Below are positions 25,120 through 37,818 of a DNA stretch of 64,000 bases, one piece after another. The stretch spans positions 5,322,722 through 5,386,721 of the forward strand of contig OZ037766.1 of the NCBI GenBank assembly GCA_964035545.1, given 5' to 3'. The position numbers were made by a program, and so were the translations under genes. Positions within the stretch are counted from its first letter, which is position 1; each line of letters begins with the position of its first letter. Origin of the DNA: Bugula neritina (taxonomy: Eukaryota > Animalia > Bryozoa). The notes beneath the pieces were generated by a model. It was given only the letters and a program-made list of their open reading frames with translations. It made no database searches and was not told the origin of the DNA.

Positions 25120-26907
25120 CATGCATATCTGCAACTGCTATTTATTGGATGGAAAAAAAATTCATGTCGAGGTTGAAAAACAGGTGAAGCACTGTTGCTG
25201 TCAAAAGCAATTTGCCATTCAAAAAGTATCTGATAATAAATATGTGGCAAGTGATGTATGTTATTAAGAGTTATCTTCTTTTATGTGCTATGAGCAGGTG
25301 TTGCCCACAGCAAAGCTTAGTGTTTGCTGTTAGGGCTGCTATTTCATAAATGAATAATGTCATGGCAGCATGCCAAAATTAAAAGTACTGGTTTGACAAT
25401 TATCATGTTGGTCAATTCAAATGAACCATTATAATTTCATTTTGGGCAGAATTTTCATTTCTTGAGATTTAAAAGATAACATTTTGAAGAGCTGCCTTCT
25501 TCATCTATCTTCTCTTGTTAAACGGTGTAAACAATTACTGAAATTTCAACATTATTTTATATTATCACTTCCACTAATTCAACTTTGCAACATATGTTCT
25601 TTGATATGTTCTCTCTCTGCCTTTTGGGTATTACGAATAGAACATGTAGAGAGTAGTGAAAAGACACATTGGTTATTTAATGCCAAATACACAAATTATT
25701 TATTTTAAAATTATAGCTCTGGTGACACTTCACTCGAATAGAGTTGGTTTAGGTCTTTAGGATATCAACCTTTAGTTACCACACAAGACAGGTCATTGTG
25801 TAAACAATTCAATACTATAAAGTATAAACCATTCATTTCTTAAGCAAGTGACTTATGCAGTGAAATTAAATAAAACTGTCCTCAGTTAAATTTACTTATT
25901 GGCTAAAGCACCATTTCAGAAGGCAAAAGAGACTTTATTTGTTGTGTATCGCTATTAGGGAATGACATTATGTATGTATTAATTTTATTTTAACAAGTTT
26001 CAATGCAGCTGTAATAAAATGCACAGACAATAAATAAATAAAACTACCAAGTGACATGTTATTCAGAATAGGTAGAAATGCACTTTGACAGAGCAAGTAG
26101 CCAATCTCAATACATTTGGAATAATCTTAAGTTTTTTTGTAACTGTTAACTAGAGCCAAAAGAGCATGTTACAGCTAAATACATTTAACAATTAAACTAT
26201 TTGTAAGATATCCATACTTTTTATATAATAATAACCTATTATACATTTGACTGCGTAGTGTTGTAAGATTGGCAACACTAGATTTAGGTGCTGCTTCAAC
26301 AATTATAGTGAATCTAAGCTGCCAAGCCACTGTGTGCCACTCTGTGTATGCATGAGTTAATATGTTGTAGATAAGCCACCCCTATCACAGCCATTACGGC
26401 CACAGTCATCATCTCACACCCCCTACGCCTGTTCAGAGAGGGACAACTCCTGATAGAGAGGTCTCTGCTATCATGTCATACAAGTCCAGGGAGTCTCCTT
26501 CCTACACTCATTTAGGTATTTCTTGCCAGCTCAGGGTATTTCCAGCACATTCTAACAGAGCTTCCGAGTAAACTGAATCTATTCAAGCATTTTAGGTTTA
26601 CTTGTATCAAGTTTGTTTGCTTATTTCATACGAACAGTTACAGTGGTATATTTACGTCAACAGCCATCACATGTATATATTGTGAACAACTAGATATTAT
26701 TTATGTTCAGGTGGGGCAACCAACAGTCTTTCTTCTTCAAGAGCATCAAGTAGATGTTCAGAAGTTAGTGAAGATGCTGAACCATATGCAGTAAGGGATA
26801 CAGCGGACAATAGCAGAACTACCCCATCTGGTCCCAATTCAGTTGGTCCCAAGTCTAGGATTCCTCTCTCTAGAAATTCTTCCATGCGAAAGCCGTCATA
26901 TCGTTGA
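25120..26907 (+). pseudogene. Spectraplakin 3' fragment, copy 3 (exons 25120-25246, 26371-26515, 26711-26907)
   Basis: LLDGKKIHVEVEKQVKHCCCQKQFAIQKVSDNKYV. Same internal deletion as copy 2; last two exons open. Confidence 0.8.
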
Positions 26908-28144
26908 CTGCCATGACAGTGAACTATATGGTACCTCTAGACACCATAAGAGTTGAGAGGTTTAGAGGAAATGATGCATCACATTTGAATGTATTGACTA
27001 AACAACATGTTTTTTTTGTTTCACACTGCTCTGTGTGATCAGTAGCTGCCCACTGTGACTGTTTGGAGTTATCTGGCCCACAGCTCCAAGTTCAGCAAGT
27101 TTTTTTCACGTTCTCGAATTTCTTGCTCTTCTCTCTTTTAATATACAAATTATAGCCAATAACTTTACTCTCTTATACCATGACCATTATAGTTTTTCAA
27201 ATTTTTCAAGTTTGTTTCTAATCTATCTTTAATTGCTGTGCATTTTGATGATTTGCATGCATTGTACCTCTCTATGCTTTTATTAATGAACAATTATCTA
27301 GTCAAAGACCACACAAATAAAGACACATGCTATTCTTTGAAGGAAAAAAGATATCCTATCCATTTGTACACTTTCTGTAGTCTGTTCAATTAGTTAATTG
27401 TTGTTGGTTTATCTTCTATTTTATTTTACTGTATTTTAAATCACAATAATTAACAGCTTTTAAAATATTTACATTTTTAATATGATAAATTATTATATTC
27501 AACTGAATTATGATTATTTTGTGGGTGCAGCTGATTTCACTCTAGTAATAAGAGAGGTGGCAAACACTACTTTATAAAGTATAATAATATTAAAATTTGC
27601 TATCATACATCAATGCTTATTACATATTCAAATCTAATTTCACAAGTTGTTTTTTGTTTTATTTCATATTTTAATTTTTTTCAGTCACAACAATAAATAT
27701 GTTGACAAGCAACATTTATCATGTCCATGAAATTTTGCCTGCATCACTTTATGTTGACTGTTATTTCTGGTTGGTATAAAAGTTGATTGTTTTAATAGCT
27801 AATGATTAAATGAGTTGTAAAATGTTTTAGACTCTGACCAACTGCTTCATCTGACATAATTTTGGGGTAAAACTTCCTTACTGAGATATTAGTTGTACTT
27901 GTGGCAAAATATTTAAAAAAAACTACAGCTCTATTCAGAGTTTTGAGCACTTTGTCTATAAGAGTAAATTAACGGTTGATGTATAATAAAAAAACTCAAT
28001 TTGTAGAACTGCCAGTAAGACTGTGGTAAAATAATTTAAAAGGCAAGGAACATGATATAATATTATATAATATTAATCATAAAAAATTACGTGATTTTTC
28101 ATGTTACTGTTAGACGTTAGAACATTGTGATTTGTAAAATAATT

Positions 28145-28216
28145 ACCCCCACTGGGAATCGAACCCGGGACGGTCTGGCTCGCAAGCAAATGTGCTAACC
28201 ATTACACCACGAAGAC
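28145..28216 (-). pseudogene. tRNA-like element, copy 4
   Basis: Homologous to 2178-2249. Confidence 0.6.
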
Positions 28217-29087
28217 GAATGAATACTACCGTCACTATACACGATAAGGTTAAATACAATTACTTCGTTTACAGTTGAATCTAAATAGCAAAAAACTTTC
28301 ACGCATTTTTAAAACTAACAAAGCTCATTAACTTGAAACTGCAGTACAGCAACTCTCAAAATTTTCTAGCAACCTACGGCGAGTGTAAAAATGGCTGTCA
28401 ACACTCGTCTTCTCTAGACTGATATATCCAAAGTGGATATCTACCACTCTGGTCTTCCCAACTCTGGTGCACCACTGTAACTAAATAACATCGTGCTCTC
28501 GTGCAGACGCACTGCGAATGTACCAAGGCTGCCATCATTATGGTTATAGGATTGTGTGCTGAGCGAAGTTTTCAATTGGTACTGTGACTCGTAAAGACAC
28601 TCTTCACAGCAAATATTTTTTTAAATGTTTTTAATTACTAATGAAAAGAATTAAAAAGTATATAGTTTTGCCACACAAAGCACGAAGACTGAGTACTAGT
28701 GAGTTGAAAGTAAAAAGTTCGTATAAAAATGATTAAAATATTTTTATTGAATCATTCTTATCTTGGAAGAAAAAGGTGGATGTCATAAAAAATTTAGAAG
28801 CAGTAAAATACATATTCATAGAATTTTTTTAAATAAATTTTATAAATAAATATTTATGTGAAATGCTGAATTTGGATTTTGAAATGTGTGCTTGAAAACA
28901 GTTTTATTTAAAAGTTAGGTTAGTTAGGTTTCAGCCAATCAGATTACACGAGCAGCACGTGCACCACGAGCACTAAGACGTCAGCTATCAGCGTATATAA
29001 CAGAGCGCTTGAGTCAGCATTACACAGTTACAAGACTTATCCCGAGGCACGCTGCAGAGACTACTACAGATACAGACTTGAACAATC

Positions 29088-29992
29088 ATGGTTAAATCTT
29101 CCACCTTCAAGGAATCTCAAAGAAAACAGAGAGGTTTATTAAGACCAGTGGTGAAAACAGGAAATGGCACCACCATACAGCACAGACTGTTGAGATCTTT
29201 AACTATTACTAAAGATGGCAGTTTACACAGTGCAAGTTGTTTAAAGAGGTCATTAAAGGTTGCAGCTAAATTGAAAATGAGAAGAAGGAATTACCTGCTA
29301 AAGAAACATGAGAGTTATCTTCCACAAAGGCAAGAATTTCATTACTGGGATTCAGAAACAGTAGAACGAGTTTGTCTGTGGAAAAAGACACGAGCTGACT
29401 GTCAGGAAGATCAGGAATATCTTGAAAAGTTATCTAGAGAAGCATACGATTTTATTAGCAACCCTAGCAATGATAGAAAGCTGGCTTTAGACAAAATCAA
29501 TGAGTTGGAGAAAGTAACAAGGAAACTGAATGATAACTTTGAACAGGACTTTATCAGAGTGAGTGATACTTTTATTAGTACTTAGTTACATTTTTATTAC
29601 CGTTTTAATTGAAATTAAACGTGCCATTAAAGAAATTAATTTATTCAGGTTTCAATATAGCTAGCTGTTAAGCTAGCTATATTGAAAATTGAATATGTAG
29701 CTAGAAGCTAGCAAAAAAGCCTTTTTACTTGATTTCAAATTGTTTTTATATCTTGTAATAAGCTACATTAGAAATAGCATATCTAACTAGTAGTAAAACT
29801 GTATTCAGTGAATTTTAAAATCCAGACTGTTGTAATATTGCATTCTATTATTTGGTTTCCCCTTACTAACAATCTATATTTTTTCAGGAGTTAGGCCCAA
29901 ATGTCAGCAGCAGAAGATTATATTCGAGAGGTGATGGACCCAGACGATATATTGATGTATATCACCCAGATAGTTTTGGAAGTCATCACTAA
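29088..29992 (+). CDS. Orphan-family protein copy 4 (exons 29088-29558, 29888-29992)
   Basis: Intact frame and splice sites as in copy 1. Confidence 0.75.
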
Positions 29993-32900
29993 GACTGTGA
30001 CCTGAGCCGTGATCTCCCAGTCCCTGCAATGGCTGATAGAGCAAAGAACATGGTCAGAAGGAGTACTCATCCAGGTTTTCCTAATAACGACTCTCTTTTG
30101 TGCAGTAGATATATTTATTTTGTCATCTGCAATGGCAATTTGGACCATATCCAAAACTACTTTACATAGTGTACATAGATGTATGGAACTTACTTTATTT
30201 AATGCCCTATACAGTCACTTAGATGTATAAATTAACTTAATGTATATAATTATGCAATTTTATTTATTTCTTATTTATAAATTCATAAATAATGTAACTT
30301 GTAAAGCTAGCTAGAATTGGATTTTTATTGTCTATTTAAAATAAGATTTCTTGTATGTTTGTGAATGTATTTATTTTATCTTTCTGTCTTAATTGTAAAG
30401 CAAGTAATTGCTTTTTTTCAGTTTAACAAATTAATAAATAAACTTGATTCTTTCTGCTAATACATACCTTTTGCTCATTGGTTCACTATTAGCACCTAGC
30501 ATATAAACACATGCACACATTCCCATATACATATAATATAATGCATATACACACAATATATCTACAATTAATATAATCAACATAAAAATAACAAAAGATT
30601 TTTTAGATCAACAGTTAAATAGAAAGGATATTTTAAGCTTACTTCGAACAAGTCAGTTGTCAGTTGCTAGTTTTTAGCTAAGATATTAGCTATGAGCAAC
30701 TTGTTTTGGCTTTTCACATTTCATAAAGCTACATCACTGGCTTTATGTGAAGCGTAGCTCAAATTACTATGCCTATTTGCATCAAATTTACTAGTAAGCA
30801 TTATTACTATTCATATTCACACTGTAATAACTGTGAAACTTATAGGTTTTTTTTTCAAACTAATTTAAAAAAGATATCATTTCAAGTGAAAAGTTCAAAT
30901 AAAAGAGCAAAAACAGGCACGATCTCCTTTACAGCTCATACTTTTAATTTAAACTCGCGGCACAGATGAGCGGCATAATGAAGTCTGACAGTGAAGGTCA
31001 AAAGCAGTATCATTGACGTCACTTTAATTTTTATCATTCTGCAGCTCGCGATGATGTGCTACCCGCCACAATAGGCTATCTCTGCCTTCGTCACTTAAGA
31101 GTCAACTCTATGTAATCGAAAGACCTGTTCCCAAGCCTCGCACTATTCGAATAGACTTCTTTACTATTGGGATAGAATCCTTTAAATTTGCGGTTATGCT
31201 TTTTAGTCGATGCAAAATAATATGTTTCCAGACATGGAACACAACATTCATTCACATGACGAGAACCTTGGAAACGTAGTAAATAACAACAGATCTGTAG
31301 TTGTCCTCTCGGTAATAACAGTTATACTCATAGAACTCTTTATGATTGGCTAAAGTATGCAAAGTCAAAGTTCAAATCACTGCGTTACATGTGACAGCTA
31401 AATTTTTGAACATCAAATTGGGCATGAAGACACTGCAGTCTACCACTATCAGTTGCTGAAAAAACATTGGCACACAATAAAATAGTCGATATAAAGCTTT
31501 TGGAAATATGATATTCTGAGATGAAATTAGATCTAATCCAGGGAATATAATTTTCTTCAATATTGTGCAGAGCTGAAAAATCTGTTCCATTTTTATACTT
31601 TTGAACTTATGAGTTAGTGTTACTATTATGTCTAGCACTATAGAGATAGGTTAAGTAATAACTAATTGCAGATAAGTAATTAGTAACCGTGAGCGAAAAT
31701 TCGACAGTACACTCATAATGATAATCATAATGGTTATCATAATCATTGCAAGTGTAATATTATTTTAATGGCCCTAATCTTACTATCAAATTGTATATCA
31801 CTATCAGTGTGAGTGTGATATAATCAATATAATTATATGCTAATATTTAAAAATTGCCTTTGAAATAATCTCAATTCACAATTGTCACTAGTGATTAATA
31901 ATAATAATCATATCACATTGCTTATGCCAAAGCTTGAAATTTATTTCAATTTTGAGGTCAAGTAAATGAAAGTATTTTTAGAATCCAAGTTGAAGTTGAA
32001 ACTACTATCAATACTAATACTAATAGAAATCATTATTATATATCAGTATTACCAATATGAATATGCAAGTGACTAAAATTGGAGTGATAATGATAGCAAT
32101 TTATGGATCAATCTGTTGAATGTTATTACAACTACAAATCAGCAAGTGAGTCTAATAAAAAAATATCTAAAAGTAAAAGCTCACATAAAAAGCAAGATTG
32201 ACTTTGATATTTACTGAGATTGATTATTTGAATACAATATTAATATAATATATTTTGATCAAAATTTTAATTTTTATTACCTGCTTTTGGCATTATAGTT
32301 TCAAAGTTACCAAGCATGTTTCAATATATTCGCTATGTATTGTTCATTTCACACTGATGTAATAATTATAACTGATGTCTATTTAGCCTACACTAAAGAT
32401 AAACGTCTGGCCTCCCACCTAAAGCAGAGTTATGATGCTGTAGCTTGTGCATTAGAGTATCAGGTCTGCAATGAATTTGATTACTGCATTAGTGCTACCA
32501 ATTTTTTCTTATTTGATTTGTATCTTATTAACTTTCAACTTTAAAGAGTTTCTCTGATGACAATCAACAGCATATCGTGGCTAAAACTGTTAAATTTATG
32601 GCAGCTAGCCTACAATCTTTTTACTGAGATTATAAATTCTTCAACATATATGCATGTTTCATATTCACATAGAGTGCTGATAGTAAATTAGAAGTTTTCC
32701 AGATTATATTTTTTATGTTTTGCACTTTATTTTGATGTTCGTTTAATCATTAGATAGGAATTTAGATTTGAAACTGTAGATGTTTTCTGGTAAACGTAAT
32801 GTTTGCATTGCACAGCAAGGCTTGAATACTAATAATGTATTTTTTGCACTTATAAATTGTGCATCAACAACCACATTAGGTTCACCCATAACTATACAAT

Positions 32901-33238
32901 AAGTGTTGTTTCAATGACCCATGGCAACAATAGGTTTAGAATATTACCTTTATTAGAATCATGTTGTTAGCGTTGAAATATCAAGTTCATAGATTTGTAA
33001 AACGGCAACGCTGCAAGAAAATGAAAATAATCTCCAGTGGTTAGGAGATCTATGTAAGATACAACATGTTGAAAATGAAATTTTCTGAAGTCTGTTGAAT
33101 TAAATGTCCAGCCTTCAGGACATTACTCACCTAATAAACTTATTAAAGAAATGGTATTCCAATTAATATTGATGCTCTTACGTTTGCCCTTGTGAAATTT
33201 TAAAGCGAATTCTGAAATAATATTGTGTTTTAAGCGTC

Positions 33239-34472
33239 ATGGCCACATCATGCACATCTAGTGAGTCTAGGAGAAAGCTGGCACTGAATTTTAAACCAGT
33301 TGTAAAAACATCAAATGGAACCGTCATACCCAGCCATTCGTTAAGATCTGTAACAGTTACGGAGGATGGAAAGCTGTGCAGTACAAGCTCTTTAAAAAGA
33401 TCGGTAAAGGTTGCCGCTGGCTTAAAGACCAGCAAAAAAGTTATGCTTTGGCTAGACAATGCTCGAAACAGTTTTCCAAATGAAAGTATTCAGCTGCAGA
33501 AAAAAGATATTGGCCAAAGTAAAGATAGCATATGCTGGAACACAGAAACAATTATGGAAAGAATTTGTTTGTGGATGAAAACACAGGCAAACTATCGAGG
33601 AGATCGGGAATATCTAGAGCGGCTTTCCAGAGAAACTTATGACTTTGTCAGAAACCCTATTAATGACAGGAAGATTGCTCTATCTAAAATTAATCAGTTG
33701 GAACAAATAACTAAAGAACTGAGCGATAGCTTCGTGCAAGAGTTTTCAAGTGTGAGTAAGACTTTCTGTGATAACGATAATTTAATCTAACAAAGTTGGT
33801 TAACTCACTGTTTTTTTGCCAGTGTATTGCTTGGCTTAAACTAAGATTTTTTATGTCTTTTGATTACATATGTTTACAAAATTGTACCTCTGTTAGCATA
33901 AAACAGGAGGCACACTTATTTCAAAAGACAACGTGTTGTGTTGCAGCATTACTATGATTTGTATTTTTCTTCAGAGTTTGAACTCTGTCCATGACTACCA
34001 ATTGGACGCCGATGACTATATACGAATTAGAGAAATGTGTGGTCCTCTTGATTATGAGACTCCCAATGATGCTAACCGAACACTTCGGATCCTACAAAAT
34101 TTTCAAGGAGGAGAGTTTCAGTATCTTCCTCCATATGTTACAAGTATTCGAAGCAAGTCCAACTACGATGCTTCCCTTGTTAGTAAGTCAAATAAATATT
34201 CTTATGATTTGAAAATTGTAAATTAAACTTGTAAGTATTTTGTTGTTGTTTTTTACATGAGTAAAAGTTTTGTTTATCATATTCTGGTAGCACAGTATAT
34301 TTGCTTGAGAATATAATGTAAGCTTATTTTAGGTCTTCCGGATGGATCACCTGTATACATGCGTACTGGCAACTATTATGAGCATTCTGGTCTACCAGTA
34401 CAGAGTTTGTGGACACCACAACATTGCCTTATGCCTGTAGCTCCTTCCATTTCTTCACCTGGATATTATGAG
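33239..34472 (+). CDS. Diverged paralogue of the orphan family; exons 33239-33751, 33975-34182, 34333-34472; 3' end uncertain
   Basis: Shares PVVKT.NG..I....LRS.T.T.DG.L.S...LKRS.KVAA.LK and ER.CLW.KT.A....D..YLE.LSRE.YDF..NP.NDRK.AL.KIN.LE. Same phase-0 GTGAGT donor. The next two exons join in phase (0, then 1) and a further donor follows at 34473. Confidence 0.75.
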
Positions 34473-34713
34473 GTAAATTTTATACCTGCAGCGGTTTATT
34501 ATGTCATGTGTGTAGGTTGTGTGTGCAATGAATGTTCAGCATGGTGCATGTGTATTGACTTGGTGAAACTGTTTTATAAATGTGCATTTCCTTAACCTTA
34601 ACCTGAGTGTGGGTTGCTGTAATAGGCTGCAGTAACTTCGAATTACAATTTAAACTATATTTTGAATAATCCCACCCCAGGAAGTTTCCTAAGAAGTTAC
34701 CTTTATTTATAAG

Positions 34714-34795
34714 ATTATGTACAGCAATAATTCCATGAATTAAAATATGTTTTGTAACTTTTTGGCAAATAGTATATCTTCCTTGCAAACAAAAG

Positions 34796-34858
<63 letters not shown>

Positions 34859-34935
34859 GTACAGCAATAATTCCATGAATTAAAATATGTTTTGTAACTT
34901 TTTGGCAAATAGTATATCTTCCTTGCAAACAAAAG

Positions 34936-34986
<51 letters not shown>

Positions 34987-35063
34987 GTACAGCAATAATT
35001 CCATGAATTAAAATATGTTTTGTAACTTTTTGGCAAATAGTATATCTTCCTTGCAAACAAAAG

Positions 35064-35157
<94 letters not shown>
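34714..35157. repeat. Three tandem copies of an ~85-bp unit, each followed by a (TA)n tract
   Basis: ATTATGTACAGCAATAATTCCATG...CAAAAGT(TA)n repeated three times. Confidence 0.9.
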
Positions 35158-35160
<3 letters not shown>

Positions 35161-35591
35161 CAGTTGAAACCAATGCAGGCTATAGCTGTTGAAATGTTTG
35201 CTCTCACTATAATGTTTTTGTTCATACAAAATACTCCAAAGTATGAAAAGGTTAATATTATAGGCTTTACTATATTAAATGACCTCCAGATTCTATACTG
35301 AACAAATGCCTTTTTTCTTACACGTGAATTAGACACATGTGATACTAACCTACTGTTGAGTCATGCATTACATATGTGATTCTCGTATATTGTATAAGAA
35401 AACAAAAGGGCCTAGTTTTGTTATTAAATGCCTGTGTCAAACAAATAAAAAACATAATTAGTTATATGGAGTATTATTAGGTAATATGTTTTGCTATTTC
35501 ACATAGAGTGAAAAAATAACATTAAGTTTATATATACTAAAGTTTAACTCAACTCAAAGTTTCTTGTCAGATTAAATAAGGATTATAGTAT

Positions 35592-35921
35592 TGTTATAAT
35601 TTTTCCAATTATACTGCTTAGTGTGGGTTCTGGATGCAACCGTATCTTATTCGACTTATAATTCCAAGTACTTCACAGATGATAGAAGATAAAGTTTATA
35701 TTTATTCCAGTATACACAACAGATAACAAAATATATTTACATTCTATGACACATCTATAAGACTACTCTCTGTCTTCACATACTACTTAAAACTGACTCA
35801 AAACTATATATCTAATTGTCACGAAGCATTCTGCTTCGGGGGGGGGGGGGGGGTAATCACGTGCCTCACTGTGATTGGCTTAACTACACGTGTATACTAG
35901 TACGCTTCATTGACCACTACA
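35592..35921 (-). mobile_element. Solo LTR (330 bp), probably Gypsy-type
   Basis: Minus strand TGTAGTGG...ATTATAACA. GTAT flanks both ends on + (35588-35591, 35922-35925). Internal CCAAT, TATATA and AATAAA are in LTR order, and the termini resemble the LTRs at 6492/13633. Confidence 0.8.
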
Positions 35922-37818
35922 GTATGTCATATTCAACATAGGCCATATTTATGAATTTAAATGAAAATTGTGATTATCCGCATTCTGATTATAATAGTAT
36001 AGTCACAACTTTGTGTAGCCTTTAAGATAACAACACTGTTGGTTTTATGTTTTATATTTTAATATATGTTTTAAATTATATTTTTATATATTTGAAAACT
36101 GTGTTTTTCTGTAGAATATTATAGTGGAAATTTTATTTTTCATTTACAATAATCGTCATTTTCAATTAGTTCATATGGATTGAATATTTATATCTACCTC
36201 CGCTAATTTACCTAAAGCTTTGACAAGTTTGAATACTAGCCACCGAATCCAAACAAACTACCTAGAAAATTTTTCATAAGGCAAAAATTAAGTGAGCTGA
36301 AAAATATTTTAAGAATCTATTATCAATAATTTATTGCTTTCACATTAGTTTGGTCCGACTTTGAAAGCATTTATTGGTATTTTTCTGATAGCTTGTGATT
36401 TTCTTTATATGTAATGCTAAGAATTCGGCTACCGTTACTTATATTGGATGCATTTGTCAACTGTTCATGTGATGGCGTACTTGTGGTCATTAGCTACTAT
36501 GTTTACTCACACAGGAACTGTCTGTTATAGGGCTCTGGTCACTGATTGCTGCCTAGGTGCGCAGAAAACAAAAGATATTATTTTAACACATCTGGCTTTA
36601 TTTTAATAATTTGTAGGGTAGTAGCGGTTTTACAAACGATAATTAGCAACATAATGTTTAAGAATTACTTAATGTGTTTCATTACATATATATAAAATCT
36701 TATTTTAATATTTTTTTATCAAACACAGGTTGTGTTTTATATTTTATGCATGGAATAATTTTTATTTTGTTAACAATAGTTTTAGGCTTTAATAGTTATT
36801 ATGTTTAAATTATTTCCAAAGGGACTTAATATTGTCATTCGTTAATTACAGCATTTCTATCCTTGTTAGACATCATTTGTTGTTACCTATATTTTTTACC
36901 TTGTGTTTTTATAAACTTATCATGTTAACAAGTTTTTATTTGGAATACAGAACAAGAAAAAAATACTATGTTGGTAAATTTTTGTTATTTGTTCATTCTT
37001 TTCCTCGTTATGTTGTACATAGAGATTATGTACCAACATTGAATTTGAGACACTAAATACTTTGGTCTTTTTTATAAAAATGTAAAAATAAATAAATGTA
37101 TAATACTTCAATTGCTCGTGTTTTAACAGAATATTTTACATTAATATTGCAATAGGCCGCTGAACTAACCCATTGTGCTTAAGTATCTATGTATAGGCTA
37201 GCTTATACTTTGTTTTCTATCAACTAGTAGAATGTAATCTCTCTGGGTTTTTTGCACATCTTTGAACTATGAACACTTTGTTCCTCAAACATGCAACAGC
37301 TTGCATGCAGTTTTTTCTGCAGTGCACTATGGCAACATTTGCCGTTTTATATATATAGACATTTTTAAGTACAACATGAAGGTATTTTAAATCTATATTT
37401 AAAATTCCTATCTTGATAGCATGTTCATAGTACCAACAATCAATAGTTCACCACAATAAAAACTATAAAGAAGGAATAACATGACTTGCATGAGCTATGA
37501 AATAGTTGGTCTCAAACATGGGATAATGATCATATATGTATATATTATGTTTTGACAATAAAAATTAAAAGGGGTGATGAGATATTTAAGCAGAGTATAC
37601 CAGTTTCTTTAAATATCTCTCAAATTCAATTTTTATGACTAAAAATTATTGTGGTTCAATAATTGAAAAGAAGTTAGCAAGAATGCGGAAAACAACTTGA
37701 GCAAAAATTGTTGACAGTTTAACAAAATCTAACTAAAGTCCATCAATGTCTGCATAAAAATTGGAGCTTGTGCGAAATTCAACCTTGAGTAAAATATATA
37801 CACTAACGTAATGACAAA

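Larger units (their letters stand above)
1122..30558 (+). repeat. Tandem segmental array A-B-A-B'-A-B'-A (period ~5.6 kb; first unit enlarged by a Gypsy element and ~1.7 kb that later units lack)
   Basis: CCAAGTTCAGCAAGTTTTTTTCACG recurs at 1122, 15859, 21485 and 27086. Orphan gene starts are at 3140, 17911, 23502 and 29088 (last two spacings 5591 and 5586). Homology of the last unit stops at ~30558. Confidence 0.95.

Noticed and set aside
34504-35336. IYIYIY-type ORFs
   Set aside because: Translation of (TA)n microsatellites.
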